DNA of 64,000 bases from positions 1 to 64,000 of the IMG/VR virus record IMGVR_UViG_3300020711_000298; one strand, 5' to 3'. Position 1 is the first letter of the stretch. Each line of letters opens with the position of its first letter. The notes under the pieces are model-generated. The model ran no database searches. It was not told where the DNA came from and saw only the letters and a list, made by a program, of their open reading frames with translations. Positions 38,099 to 48,633 of the stretch are shown here, one piece after another. This DNA is from a virus. The position numbers were made by a program, and so were the translations under genes.

Positions 38099-39969
38099 TG
38101 GCTTTAATTAACCTACAAACTAATTTACGTAATTTAAAATACGGAAATGATAGGATTTATGGAGGTAGTAGTGGACAACCATATATTACTACACCAATTC
38201 CTAATGGGACATCTGATGTAGGAAATGCCAATTATGATTTTATATTAAAAGGCGGAATAAACGCTATAACCGATTCAGCTACAGATGTTTTACGTTTAAG
38301 TAAAATGTTTACTGATTTAAAAACCCCAAATGGGTTATTTTTTACAACTAAACAAAATTTACTTTCACGTACAGCAGTTCAAACTCAAACATCTGATATA
38401 TTAAATGGAGGAATTTATACTCCATTATCAACATTAGCTGAAGCTGGTATTGTAGCGTTTGGTAGTCATTTACTTAAACAAGGTAGAAACCCATTTGATG
38501 ATACTGGTGCTTATGCTACTAATAACTTTAATTTATATGGTCCTTATATAATCAACCAAAAAACTACACAACCATCTGGTGAAGATAGATTAGTTAATCT
38601 TTATAATACTTTAATAGTTTCATCAAGCAATGACATTAATATATTATCATATGATGGTGGTCCTGGTTCAGATTTAGGTATAGGAAGTACTAATATTAGA
38701 TTTGCTGACCAAAGAACAGGTATTAATAATGTTAATGGTAAAGAAATTATAAATGGAACTTACCAAACTACTAGAATGGTTCGTGTATTAAAAAACTGGA
38801 TTCCATATAATGGTGCTACAAATGCCTATAATTTATTTAATAAAAATAATGATGAAGTAAGTAATTTAAATTCAACAATATATTCAGGAACATATTCTTA
38901 TGAACCAGGAATATCATATAATGTTTATAAAACAGGTTCATTAGAAACTGATACTACAGTAGCATTTACAAACGATTCTCTTACTTACACTCAAAATCAA
39001 TTAAATGCTCTTGAAGGTGGTGATTTAAATAAAGATATAAGAGGTTCTCTATCAAGTCCTGGCGCTCCAAAAACTCAAGATTTTAGAGCAATTTTAAGAC
39101 AAGGATTAATAAGTTCTTCTATTATGTCTAATGCCCCATTGTATAATGTAGCTGAAAATAAAACTATTGAAGGTAGAGTAAATATGGGTGACCCGGGTAA
39201 TAGTACAAACAAAAATTTAATATCTTACACCAATGGTGGTATATTAAATAGTAATAAAATAGCCCAACCCGTAGATAAAATAACTGCTTTAGCATTGTAT
39301 TCAAGTACAGCTGTAGATACAAGTGATATAGGTAAAAAAATTACAAATGATCTTGTAAAATTTAGAATAGCATCTATACATAACAATAATCCTTCTCAAA
39401 AAACATTTATGCATTTTAGAGCAGCATTAAATAACTTTTCAGACTCATATAACGCAACTTGGAATTCAGCAACATATTTAGGTAGAGGTGAAAATTTTTA
39501 TACATATAGTAATTTTACACGAACAATATCTTTAAGTTGGACTATAGCAGCCCAATCAAAACAAGAACTTATACCAATATATAAAAAATTAAATTACTTA
39601 GCTTCAAACATAGCTCCAGATTATACAAATCTTGGTTATATGACTGGTAATTTAGTACAACTTACTGTAGGTGGATATTTATATGAACAAGTTGGTATTA
39701 TAACAGGTTTAGTTTACGATATACAAGAAGACACACCTTGGGAAATAGGAATAAATGATGATGCTACTAATTATGATTCAAGTGTAAAAGAATTACCTCA
39801 TGTTATTAGAGTATCTAGTTTTACATTTATACCAATACAAAACTTTATACCAGCTAAACAATCAGTAAATGGTAATACAGCAGCATCTATTATAGATAAT
39901 AATGAGTATGGTCCTGAACGTTTTATAGCGTTAAATAATGGAACTATTTATAATAATTATGATTCATAA
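38098..39969 (+). CDS. Baseplate / tube-initiator-like protein
   Basis: C-terminal FRA.L..FSDSY...W....YLGRGE.FYTY..F.R domain, LTVG.Y. Confidence 0.6.
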   Translation: MALINLQTNLRNLKYGNDRIYGGSSGQPYITTPIPNGTSDVGNANYDFILKGGINAITDSATDVLRLSKMFTDLKTPNGLFFTTKQNLLSRTAVQTQTSDILNGGIYTPLSTLAEAGIVAFGSHLLKQGRNPFDDTGAYATNNFNLYGPYIINQKTTQPSGEDRLVNLYNTLIVSSSNDINILSYDGGPGSDLGIGSTNIRFADQRTGINNVNGKEIINGTYQTTRMVRVLKNWIPYNGATNAYNLFNKNNDEVSNLNSTIYSGTYSYEPGISYNVYKTGSLETDTTVAFTNDSLTYTQNQLNALEGGDLNKDIRGSLSSPGAPKTQDFRAILRQGLISSSIMSNAPLYNVAENKTIEGRVNMGDPGNSTNKNLISYTNGGILNSNKIAQPVDKITALALYSSTAVDTSDIGKKITNDLVKFRIASIHNNNPSQKTFMHFRAALNNFSDSYNATWNSATYLGRGENFYTYSNFTRTISLSWTIAAQSKQELIPIYKKLNYLASNIAPDYTNLGYMTGNLVQLTVGGYLYEQVGIITGLVYDIQEDTPWEIGINDDATNYDSSVKELPHVIRVSSFTFIPIQNFIPAKQSVNGNTAASIIDNNEYGPERFIALNNGTIYNNYDS

Positions 39970-39993
39970 TAAAATATTTTAATATAATTAATA

Positions 39994-40317
39994 ATGAACA
40001 GATACCAAAATATACCTAAAACTGTAATAAACAAACGCCCACTTTATAGAACTTCACGTTACCCTGAAGTTCCTTTAAGTTCGGATGATATTTACGTTTA
40101 TACAACACAAGGTGATAGATTTGATATTTTAGCAAATCAATATTATGGTGACAGTTCATTATGGTGGATAATATCTATAGCTAATACAGGAACCGCAGGT
40201 ACATCTAGTCCTTCAGACTTACCACAAAATTCTCTAGTAATACCTGAAGGAATACAAATTAGAATACCAGCATATCCACAATCAACCATAAATGATTTTA
40301 ACTCAATAAACCAATAA
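39994..40317 (+). CDS. LysM-like baseplate wedge protein (gp53/tail X-like)
   Basis: GDRFDILANQYYGDSSLWWIISIAN...G.QIRIP. Confidence 0.8.
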   Translation: MNRYQNIPKTVINKRPLYRTSRYPEVPLSSDDIYVYTTQGDRFDILANQYYGDSSLWWIISIANTGTAGTSSPSDLPQNSLVIPEGIQIRIPAYPQSTINDFNSINQ

Positions 40318-40321
40318 AGTT

Positions 40322-43078
40322 ATGAATATAGTAGGAGAAAGTTTTCCTCAACCTATAGTAGACCAAATAAATACTCGTCAAAAGAAAAAAGGAACACCCA
40401 ACAGGGACCCTGAACTTCTTACTTGGATGAATTCAAATACAGGGTGGGTTAGATTAATATCTTCAGTAGATGTTGATCCTACACGTTATGCTTTTAAAAA
40501 TGCTCCTTTACAAAATGCTCAATTAATAAATTCTGATTTAGCTAGACAATATATTCTATTTGGAGGTGTTTCAGATGGGATAGGTAAAGCAGGATTACGT
40601 TCTGGAATAGCTACTGATAAGTCAATACATAATAATAATGCTTATGGTTTAGGTGGATCTGAAGAATTTGGTTTAGTTCCTATGCCTGGTATTACTTCAT
40701 TTAATATTAAAACAGAAAATAAAGGTTCACTTAAAACAGCCACTATTGGGATCAAAGCTTATAATAGAACACAATTCGATATTATAAATACATTATATTT
40801 AAGTTTAGGTTATTCCGTTTTAATAGAATGGGGTAATACAATGTATTATGATAATGATATAAATAAACCATTAGAAACAAATAATCCATATAATTTAGTT
40901 GAAGAATTTTTAGGTTTAAATAAACTTAAAGGAGTATATAAATGGGATGCTATACTTCCTAAAATTCAAGAATATCGTTTAAAGTCATGTGGTAACTATG
41001 ATGCTGCTTTAGGTAAAGTAGTTAACTTTTCTTGGACATTAGATCGAGATTTAAGTTATAATATTACACTTACTGTTAGGACAATAGGAGATATAATTGA
41101 ATCTCTTAAAGTAAATATACTAACTGGAAATATAAAATTACAAATTACTCCTCCAAAATCAACTAGCACTACTCCTACAGAACAAAACCCTGTAGCTAAC
41201 TTTGCTAATTCAAGCGATATTGGAACCATGATGTATAATATTCAACTTGATTTAGATAAAAAATCAGATTCAAATACTCCTACAGGTGTTAGTGTTTTAA
41301 AATTTACCAAAATAACACAAGCAATAAAACAAACATATGATGAAACTAAAAATGGAAACCAATATTATATTAGGTTAGGTTGGTTTTTAGAAATATTGCA
41401 AAATAGTATCATACCTGATGTTAAAAACGGAAATGTTAATACAAAATATATAACATTTGATACTGACATAGAATCAAATTTAATATCATTATATAGTAGA
41501 CAACTAAGCGCTGACCCATCAGTATGTTTATTTAATACTAAATATACATTAAATAATGGAGAACAAGTAGAAATTTTAAATTATGGTGAACAGTTTAAAT
41601 TTTATGATCCTGATATAAAATGTTATTATGGGAAATTTATGAATGTATATTTTAATATGAATTACATTGTAAGTTCTTTAACAAAATTAATAGACAATGA
41701 AGGTAAAATAATATTAATAGATTTTTTAAAACAACTTAGCTCTGATTTTTGTAAAGTTACAGGAAACTATAATAAAATTGAACCAACAATAAATGAAGAA
41801 ATAAATAAAATAGTTTTTGTAGATGATGTGCCTATACCAGGATATGAGACATTATTAAAAAAAATAAATCCAACAGGATCATTTAATGATGCTTTTTTTG
41901 TATTATATGGATTTAATAAAGCAACTAATAATAATTTAGCAGGTATTGTTAGGGATTTAAGTTTAACTACTACTATTACACCACAATTAGCAAGTTTAAT
42001 TACTATTGGTGCTCAAGCTAATGGTTATATAACAGGTCAAGATTCAACATCATTATCCACAATAAATCGTGGTTTAACAGATAGAGTTAAACAAGAAATA
42101 ATAGACCCTATCTCATCATCTGATTTTGATATCAATAAAATTTTAGGGCTTAGTGGGACTGGATTAACTATTAATGCGACTACTCCACCACCATCTTTAG
42201 AAACTAAATATGTTAACCAAATTGGAATATTTAATACTTTTATAACTACATTAGGATCAATTAATGGTTCAAAACCAAAATGGGACCAAAATGCTATTGA
42301 TAATTTTAAAAACATAAATACTCAATTTGCAGAATATGACCAATATGCTCAAACAAGAAATGCTCAATTAAATAATCCATCTGGATATATAGGTTCTCCT
42401 ACTATAGGATTTTTACCATTTGGTTTAACATTAACTATAGATGGCCTTTCAGGAATGAAAGTATACCAAAAATATACTATGGATACTCATTTTTTACCTT
42501 CAAATTATCCTGAATCATTAGAATTCTTAATCAACGGTATAACACATGAGATTAAAGATAATCAATGGATTACAACTATTGAATCATTCGCTGTTCCTAA
42601 AAATCCATTTGGAACACAAGATACTCCTATAACATCAGATGGCAGAGTACAAGGTGTTTCTCCAATAGTAAGAGGAAATAATTATCCAGCAGCAAATTCA
42701 AAACAATATAGTAATATTAAATTTCAAAATATAGGACAAGGTAACCCATCTGATGATAAAATAAACCCAACTATTCTATCAGATATAAACAAAGCAGCTA
42801 AAAATACAGGAATAGTAGTATCTGTTACAACAGCAGTTAGTGGACATCATGATAATCCTCCAAGTCGACATTCTTCAGGTAATGCTGTAGATATAGCTTT
42901 AATAGACGGAATACCAGTAAGTCCAAATGCTTCTAATAGAGCAAAAATAGATACTTTTGTAAATGCACTTCAAAGCATAGGGTATTCTAAAAACTTAGAA
43001 AATGGAACTTTAAAATCTGTATTAACATTTGGTTTTCCAAATCATAATAATCATATTCACGTATCAAGTCAAGTATAA
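40322..43078 (+). CDS. Baseplate hub protein with C-terminal M15-like (LAS) zinc peptidase
   Basis: PMPGITS, LIEWG, LTIDGLSG hub motifs; SRHSSGNAVD...HNNHIHVS. Confidence 0.7.
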   Translation: MNIVGESFPQPIVDQINTRQKKKGTPNRDPELLTWMNSNTGWVRLISSVDVDPTRYAFKNAPLQNAQLINSDLARQYILFGGVSDGIGKAGLRSGIATDKSIHNNNAYGLGGSEEFGLVPMPGITSFNIKTENKGSLKTATIGIKAYNRTQFDIINTLYLSLGYSVLIEWGNTMYYDNDINKPLETNNPYNLVEEFLGLNKLKGVYKWDAILPKIQEYRLKSCGNYDAALGKVVNFSWTLDRDLSYNITLTVRTIGDIIESLKVNILTGNIKLQITPPKSTSTTPTEQNPVANFANSSDIGTMMYNIQLDLDKKSDSNTPTGVSVLKFTKITQAIKQTYDETKNGNQYYIRLGWFLEILQNSIIPDVKNGNVNTKYITFDTDIESNLISLYSRQLSADPSVCLFNTKYTLNNGEQVEILNYGEQFKFYDPDIKCYYGKFMNVYFNMNYIVSSLTKLIDNEGKIILIDFLKQLSSDFCKVTGNYNKIEPTINEEINKIVFVDDVPIPGYETLLKKINPTGSFNDAFFVLYGFNKATNNNLAGIVRDLSLTTTITPQLASLITIGAQANGYITGQDSTSLSTINRGLTDRVKQEIIDPISSSDFDINKILGLSGTGLTINATTPPPSLETKYVNQIGIFNTFITTLGSINGSKPKWDQNAIDNFKNINTQFAEYDQYAQTRNAQLNNPSGYIGSPTIGFLPFGLTLTIDGLSGMKVYQKYTMDTHFLPSNYPESLEFLINGITHEIKDNQWITTIESFAVPKNPFGTQDTPITSDGRVQGVSPIVRGNNYPAANSKQYSNIKFQNIGQGNPSDDKINPTILSDINKAAKNTGIVVSVTTAVSGHHDNPPSRHSSGNAVDIALIDGIPVSPNASNRAKIDTFVNALQSIGYSKNLENGTLKSVLTFGFPNHNNHIHVSSQV

Positions 43079-43080
43079 AA

Positions 43081-43683
43081 ATGTATTACCCATTATCTCA
43101 AATAAAAACCAATTTATATACTAATGGTGGAGAATATACTTATATCTCATCTGGTGAATCATATACTGGATATTATTGGAAAGCATCAGATGGAAAAATA
43201 TTTTCAGGTAAAACTCCACAAGACACACCTGTAGAAGAATTAACACCTATAACTACTCAAAATTTTAATACATCTTCCAGTAATATATTCTTAAGTATAA
43301 ATCAAGAAGATACAAATAATACAACATATCTTAATATAAAAAATATATCTGTTAATAATACTATTTATATTCCTCCATATTCATTAACATTACCTACATC
43401 TCAAGATTATCAAATCGGAGAATTTACAAGATATTTTTGTAAAAAATCAAACGAAGTAGTTTATATTGAAATTAGTCAAGATACATACAATTTATTACTT
43501 AATAAAGACCAACGTATATTATGGCAATTATATACTCCATTTAATATCCCATGGCAAATTACTGGAGATAAACAAATTGTAACTCAAACTAATCAAAATA
43601 TAGTTGAATTAACAATATTTAAAAACAAATATTATCGTTTTAACGATTATCTTAAAAACGACTATTTAAAGTATTTTAAATAA
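43081..43683 (+). CDS. Baseplate-associated hypothetical protein
   Basis: YTNGGEY..Y.GYY; PT..DY..G.F.RYF.K; last gene of the tail module. Confidence 0.55.
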   Translation: MYYPLSQIKTNLYTNGGEYTYISSGESYTGYYWKASDGKIFSGKTPQDTPVEELTPITTQNFNTSSSNIFLSINQEDTNNTTYLNIKNISVNNTIYIPPYSLTLPTSQDYQIGEFTRYFCKKSNEVVYIEISQDTYNLLLNKDQRILWQLYTPFNIPWQITGDKQIVTQTNQNIVELTIFKNKYYRFNDYLKNDYLKYFK

Positions 43684-43685
43684 AA

Positions 43686-43717
43686 CTTGGTTATTTAAGC
43701 CTTTTTTATTATCTTTA
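43686..43717 (+). promoter_or_regulatory. Bacteroidota-type -33/-7 promoter
   Basis: CTTG-N20-TATCTTTA. Confidence 0.7.
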
Positions 43718-43732
43718 TTGAAAATAAAAGTT

Positions 43733-45010
43733 TTGTTTTATCTAGTAGAAAATACAGATCAATTACGTTCATTCTATAATAAAGGCTATAAAAAAGCATT
43801 TGTTGAAGTAATACCATATAGTGATTTAGTACATCCCATTCTAAATCAAGTTTCATTACTGTATATAAAACCTATAACAGGCGATGATGAAAAAGGATAT
43901 ATATTAAGTGTTGATCATAATGAAACATTACCTGTAAATATAAAACATATAAATCAAATACTTAAACAATTTGATGAAATATATGTTAGGGATAAAAAAA
44001 CATTTTTATATTATTTCCAAATTAAACAAACAATAGATATATGCCTTTCATCACCCCCATATACACATCCTACAACATCAGTTCATGAATATTTTTATAA
44101 TATATACCCTTCACGTTTAGATATAAATCGAATTATACCTATAGTTAAACATTATGAAAGATGTGAAAATATGTATAAACAGGTAAAAAATTATATTAGA
44201 CCTTACGATAATAAACATTTCGATAAACTAATATATTCAATGTTTTATATTGAAAAAAATGGTATAAAAATAGATAAAGATTTATTTAAACAATATTTAA
44301 AACCAAACAATGAGTTATTTAATATTAAAGATAGTAAAATATATACCCACTATAATTTACACACAATCACAGGTAGACCTTCTAACGCTTTTAATAATAT
44401 CAATTTTGCCGCGTTAAATAAAGATAATGGATGCAGAATGGTTTTCATACCTGAAAATGATAAATTTGCCGAAATAGACATCTCAGCATATCATCCAACA
44501 TTAGCAGCACAATTAATAGGATATAAATTTAATGGTCCAATATATGAGACATTCGCTCAATATGCTCAAATAGACGTTAAAATAGCCAAAGAATTAATGT
44601 TTAAACAATTATACGGCGGAGTATATGATTCTTATAAAGACTGGGAATTTTTCGCCAAGATAATCGAGTATACTAATAATATATGGTTACAGTTTGAAAA
44701 ACAAGGTTATGTTCAAGTACCTAATTCAAGTAAAATATTTTACAAAAATGAGTTGGAAAATATGAACCCGCAAAAACTATTTAATTATATACTTCAAAAC
44801 TTAGAAACATCAAATAATTCTCGTATTATATGGGATATTATAAAAATATTAAAAGATAAAAATACAAAAATAGTATTATACACTTATGATGCTTTATTAT
44901 TTGATTGGGACAAAGATGAACAAGACGTAATGGATGCTATAGATGATATATTTAAAAAATACAATCTAAAAATTAAATACAATTATGGAACAAACTACGA
45001 TTTTGCATAA
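43733..45010 (+). CDS. polA: Compact family A DNA polymerase
   Basis: TGRPSN, motif A EIDISAYHP, motif B AKELMFKQLYGG, motif C LYTYDA. TTG start at 43733 in the AAAGTT context used by ATG starts at 4691, 40322 and 48634. Confidence 0.8.
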   Translation: MFYLVENTDQLRSFYNKGYKKAFVEVIPYSDLVHPILNQVSLLYIKPITGDDEKGYILSVDHNETLPVNIKHINQILKQFDEIYVRDKKTFLYYFQIKQTIDICLSSPPYTHPTTSVHEYFYNIYPSRLDINRIIPIVKHYERCENMYKQVKNYIRPYDNKHFDKLIYSMFYIEKNGIKIDKDLFKQYLKPNNELFNIKDSKIYTHYNLHTITGRPSNAFNNINFAALNKDNGCRMVFIPENDKFAEIDISAYHPTLAAQLIGYKFNGPIYETFAQYAQIDVKIAKELMFKQLYGGVYDSYKDWEFFAKIIEYTNNIWLQFEKQGYVQVPNSSKIFYKNELENMNPQKLFNYILQNLETSNNSRIIWDIIKILKDKNTKIVLYTYDALLFDWDKDEQDVMDAIDDIFKKYNLKIKYNYGTNYDFA

Positions 45011-45449
45011 ACTATACAATATTTATTGGGAGGACAATTTTGACCTAATAAATAATACAGATTTGAATAATAGATTATTATGCTCTTTTTCTAGTTTAGA
45101 AGGATTAGATATTCTTATAGAAAATATTAAGAGTTCATACACCATAATGTATAATAAAATGTTTGTGCTTTATGTTAAAAGTACAGACGAATATGTTATT
45201 ACATATAATATAGAACAAGGTAATGTTAATAACATGCCATCTAATACAATACTTGTGCATAGAAAAAAAGAACACAACGTATTATACACTATTAACGCTT
45301 TAAATGAACTAATCAAAAAATTAAATGGAGGTGTTGTTAACCCAGCATTCCCTATTGAGTGGCAACATTATCGTAATAGTATATTATTAACTACTCAAAA
45401 TGAATTAAAACAATTAAATACTAAAATTCATAAAATTATAGAATTATGA
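44985..45449 (+). CDS. Conserved hypothetical protein
   Basis: TILVHRKKE.N.LYTINALN motif; coupled to the polymerase gene. Confidence 0.65.
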   Translation: MEQTTILHKLYNIYWEDNFDLINNTDLNNRLLCSFSSLEGLDILIENIKSSYTIMYNKMFVLYVKSTDEYVITYNIEQGNVNNMPSNTILVHRKKEHNVLYTINALNELIKKLNGGVVNPAFPIEWQHYRNSILLTTQNELKQLNTKIHKIIEL

Positions 45450-45530
45450 ATAAAGAATTTCAAAGAAGCTATAGCTAAAGTTATTGAAATAATGAATAAT
45501 TTTAAAAATAGTTTGGCTATTCAAAAATAG
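45446..45530 (+). pseudogene. Probable internally deleted gene remnant
   Basis: Coupled ATGA start MNKEFQR joined out of frame to KEAIAKVIEIMNNFKN across AAAGAA. Confidence 0.35.
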
Positions 45531-45543
45531 GTTATTATATTGA
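45512..45543 (+). promoter_or_regulatory. Bacteroidota-type -33/-7 promoter
   Basis: TTTG-N20-TATATTGA. Confidence 0.6.
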
Positions 45544-45568
45544 TGTTATATTTAAAATTTTATAGTTT

Positions 45569-46432
45569 ATGGATTTAAATGAAATTAAGAGTCGCTTGAA
45601 CTCTCTACAACAAGCAAAATCATCTAAAGGCGGCGGTGAAAAGAAAAATGTATTTTTCAAACCAGCTATTGGAAAACAAGTAGTTCGTGTTGTACCAAAC
45701 AAATACAACAAAAAGAACCCATTTACAGAAGTACTAATACATTATGGTATTGGTAACAAAACAATGATCTCTCCTCAAAACTGGGGTGAAAAAGATCCAA
45801 TTGTTGAGTTCGCAAAAGAACTTCGTAAAACAGGTGACAAAGAAAATTGGCGTTTAGCTAAAAAATTGGAACCAAAAATGCGAGTGTTTGTTCCTGTAGT
45901 AGTACGTGGACAAGAAAGCGAAGGTGTTAAATTATGGAATTTCGGTAAGGAAACTTATATGGATTTCTTAAATTTAGCAGACAATGAAGATATTGGTGAT
46001 TTCACTGATGTAGCAGAAGGTAGAGACATTACATTAAACACTGTAGGTCCTGAAGTAACAGGTACAGCGTATAATAAAACAACTATTATGCCTCGTACTA
46101 AACAAACATCATTAGTTGATGATAAAGTACTTATCAAAAAACTACTTGAAGACCAACCAAACCCAATTGAAACGTTTAAAAAATACTCTTATGAGGAAAT
46201 GAAACAAGCGCTTCAAGAATGGCTAAACCCAGAAGAAACAGAAACTGAAGAAACTGAAGTTGAAGAAACAGTAATTGAAACTCCTAAAACATCAACTAAG
46301 AAAAATTACGAGTTAAAAACACCAGCTAAGAAACAAGCAAGTAAAGCAGATAAATTTAATGCTATATTTGAAGATGAAAATGGAAATGAAGATGAAAATA
46401 ATGGTGATAACGATGATGATTTGCCATTCTAG
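45569..46432 (+). CDS. Single-stranded DNA-binding protein (gp32-like)
   Basis: FFKP..G...VR.VP, DPI.E, GVKLW.FGK, GRDI; acidic tail DDDLPF. Confidence 0.8.
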   Translation: MDLNEIKSRLNSLQQAKSSKGGGEKKNVFFKPAIGKQVVRVVPNKYNKKNPFTEVLIHYGIGNKTMISPQNWGEKDPIVEFAKELRKTGDKENWRLAKKLEPKMRVFVPVVVRGQESEGVKLWNFGKETYMDFLNLADNEDIGDFTDVAEGRDITLNTVGPEVTGTAYNKTTIMPRTKQTSLVDDKVLIKKLLEDQPNPIETFKKYSYEEMKQALQEWLNPEETETEETEVEETVIETPKTSTKKNYELKTPAKKQASKADKFNAIFEDENGNEDENNGDNDDDLPF

Positions 46433-46440
46433 ATATTAAA

Positions 46441-46468
46441 ATAAGCCCCTCAATAGAGGGGTTTATTT
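46441..46468 (+). terminator. Intrinsic terminator
   Basis: ATAAGCCCCTC-AATA-GAGGGGTTTAT. Confidence 0.75.
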
Positions 46469-46495
46469 ACCTTAAAATAAAAATATAATAATATT

Positions 46496-47587
46496 ATGGC
46501 TAAGAAAAAAGATAATACAGCATCGCTGAGTGAAATAGTATCCTCTGAACTTAAATCAAGTTTTGATCTCGACAAATATAAAGAGAAAAAACTTATGAAT
46601 AACAATGTAAAGTTTAAAGAACAAACATGGATACCATTTTCTCCTGCTCTTCAAGACATTCTATCACTCCCAGGTATTCCTGTAGGACACATCACTATTA
46701 TTAGAGGTAGGTCAAATACAGGTAAAACAACTACTTCTATTGAAGCAGCAACCGAAGCTCAAAAAATGGGTATATTACCTGTAATCATTATCACAGAAAT
46801 GAAACATGATTGGAATCACTGGAGAACTATGGGATTCCAGATGGAAGATATAGTTGATGAAGAAACAGGAGAAATAATAGATTATAAAGGTTTCTTTTTA
46901 TATCGAGACAGAAGTACATTAAATTCAATTGAAGATATAGCTACTTTTATGTTAGATATAATTGATGACCAAAACAAAGGAAAACTACCATATAATCTTT
47001 TATTTATATGGGATTCTGTAGGTTCAATACCTTGTAATATGAGTATTGAACAAGGTAAAAATAATCCAATGTGGAATGCAGGAGCAATGGCTACTCAATT
47101 TGGAAACTTTATAAACCAAAAAATAATGGTATCCAGAAAAGAATCAAGCCAGTTTACTAATACATTTTTAGTTGTAAATAAAGTTGGAGTACAACCAGCA
47201 GAAGTACCTATGGGTCGACCAAAAATGACTAATAAAGGCGGTGACACAATGTATTGGGATGCATCTATAGTACTTACTTTTGGAAACATTACCAACTCAG
47301 GAACATCTAAAATAGAAGCTACTAAGGATAAAAAGAAAGTAGAATTCGCATTACGTACTAAAATAGCTTGTGATAAAAATCACGTTAATGGTATTACTAC
47401 AAAAGGAACTATAGTTAGTACAGTTCATGGTTTTATTAAAGATGATCCCAATGCTATTAACAAGTATAAAAAAGAACATGCTCATGAATGGATAAACATT
47501 CTTGGAGAAGGAAAATATGATGTAAATATAGATGAATCAGAATGGAATGAAAAATCAGATATATCTGAAATAGTTGATGAAGAATAA
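46496..47587 (+). CDS. RecA/UvsX-like recombinase
   Basis: GIPVGHIT.I.GRSNTGKTT, WDSVGS, KGG. Confidence 0.85.
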   Translation: MAKKKDNTASLSEIVSSELKSSFDLDKYKEKKLMNNNVKFKEQTWIPFSPALQDILSLPGIPVGHITIIRGRSNTGKTTTSIEAATEAQKMGILPVIIITEMKHDWNHWRTMGFQMEDIVDEETGEIIDYKGFFLYRDRSTLNSIEDIATFMLDIIDDQNKGKLPYNLLFIWDSVGSIPCNMSIEQGKNNPMWNAGAMATQFGNFINQKIMVSRKESSQFTNTFLVVNKVGVQPAEVPMGRPKMTNKGGDTMYWDASIVLTFGNITNSGTSKIEATKDKKKVEFALRTKIACDKNHVNGITTKGTIVSTVHGFIKDDPNAINKYKKEHAHEWINILGEGKYDVNIDESEWNEKSDISEIVDEE

Positions 47588-47588
47588 T

Positions 47589-48629
47589 ATGAGCAATAAA
47601 AAAGATTTACTAAAAATACTTAATAACTTATCAGAAGATACAAATCAAGTTGAAGATAAACATCATGATAGAGTTATTTTAATAGATGGTTTAAACATGT
47701 TTCTTAGAAACTTTGCTATGATTAATTTCATAAACGAAGCTGGAAATCATGTCGGTGGACTAGGAGGTTTTTTAAGATCATTAGGGTTCTTAATTAACCA
47801 AATTCAACCCACTTCTGTATATATAGTATTCGATGGAGTTGGTTCTTCCATAAACCGGAAGAATCTTCTCCCAGAATACAAATCTGGAAGAAATCTAGTT
47901 AGAGTTAATGATAAAGTATTTGATGACATAGAAGAAGAACAAGATTCTAAAATAGATCAAGTTCGAAGATTAATACATTATCTTCGATGTCTTCCTGTTA
48001 ACACCATTTCTATCGATAAAGTAGAAGCCGATGATATTATCGCGTATTATAGCGATATATTACCGAAAAAATATAACTCTAAAGTATATATTGTATCAAA
48101 CGATAAAGACTACTTACAACTAATAAATGAAAATGTTACTGTATATCGCCCAGCAGATAAAGAATTTTTTACTAGAGAAACTATTAAAAATAAGTTTGGT
48201 ATATTAACAGAAAATTTTATTATTTATAAAACATTACTAGGAGATAACTCAGATAAAATACCAGGTGTAAAAGGATTAGGTGAAAAAGGTATATTTAAAC
48301 GTTTTCCTGAATTAAAAGATCGAGTAGTAGATTTGGAAGACTTATTTGAATTATGTATACTTAAACATAAAGAGCATAATATATATTCTCAAATAATATT
48401 TTCTAAAAATAATCTAGAACGAAATTATAAACTTATGGATCTTAAAAATCCATTATTAGACGATAATGAAAAAGCATATTTAGAAGAAATATCAAATCAA
48501 CCAATACCTGATTTAAATGTAAGTGGTTTTTTAAGATTATATAATGAAGATGGATTAAGCAAAACAATTAAAAATACAGAATATTGGTTAAACAATACAT
48601 TTAAAATACTAAATAGTTTTAAAAAATAA
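47589..48629 (+). CDS. 5'-3' exonuclease / flap endonuclease (T4 RNase H-like)
   Basis: LIDG.N, VFDG, EYK.GR, EADDII, SNDKD.LQL, GDNSDKIPGVKG.G. Confidence 0.92.
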   Translation: MSNKKDLLKILNNLSEDTNQVEDKHHDRVILIDGLNMFLRNFAMINFINEAGNHVGGLGGFLRSLGFLINQIQPTSVYIVFDGVGSSINRKNLLPEYKSGRNLVRVNDKVFDDIEEEQDSKIDQVRRLIHYLRCLPVNTISIDKVEADDIIAYYSDILPKKYNSKVYIVSNDKDYLQLINENVTVYRPADKEFFTRETIKNKFGILTENFIIYKTLLGDNSDKIPGVKGLGEKGIFKRFPELKDRVVDLEDLFELCILKHKEHNIYSQIIFSKNNLERNYKLMDLKNPLLDDNEKAYLEEISNQPIPDLNVSGFLRLYNEDGLSKTIKNTEYWLNNTFKILNSFKK

Positions 48630-48633
48630 AGTT

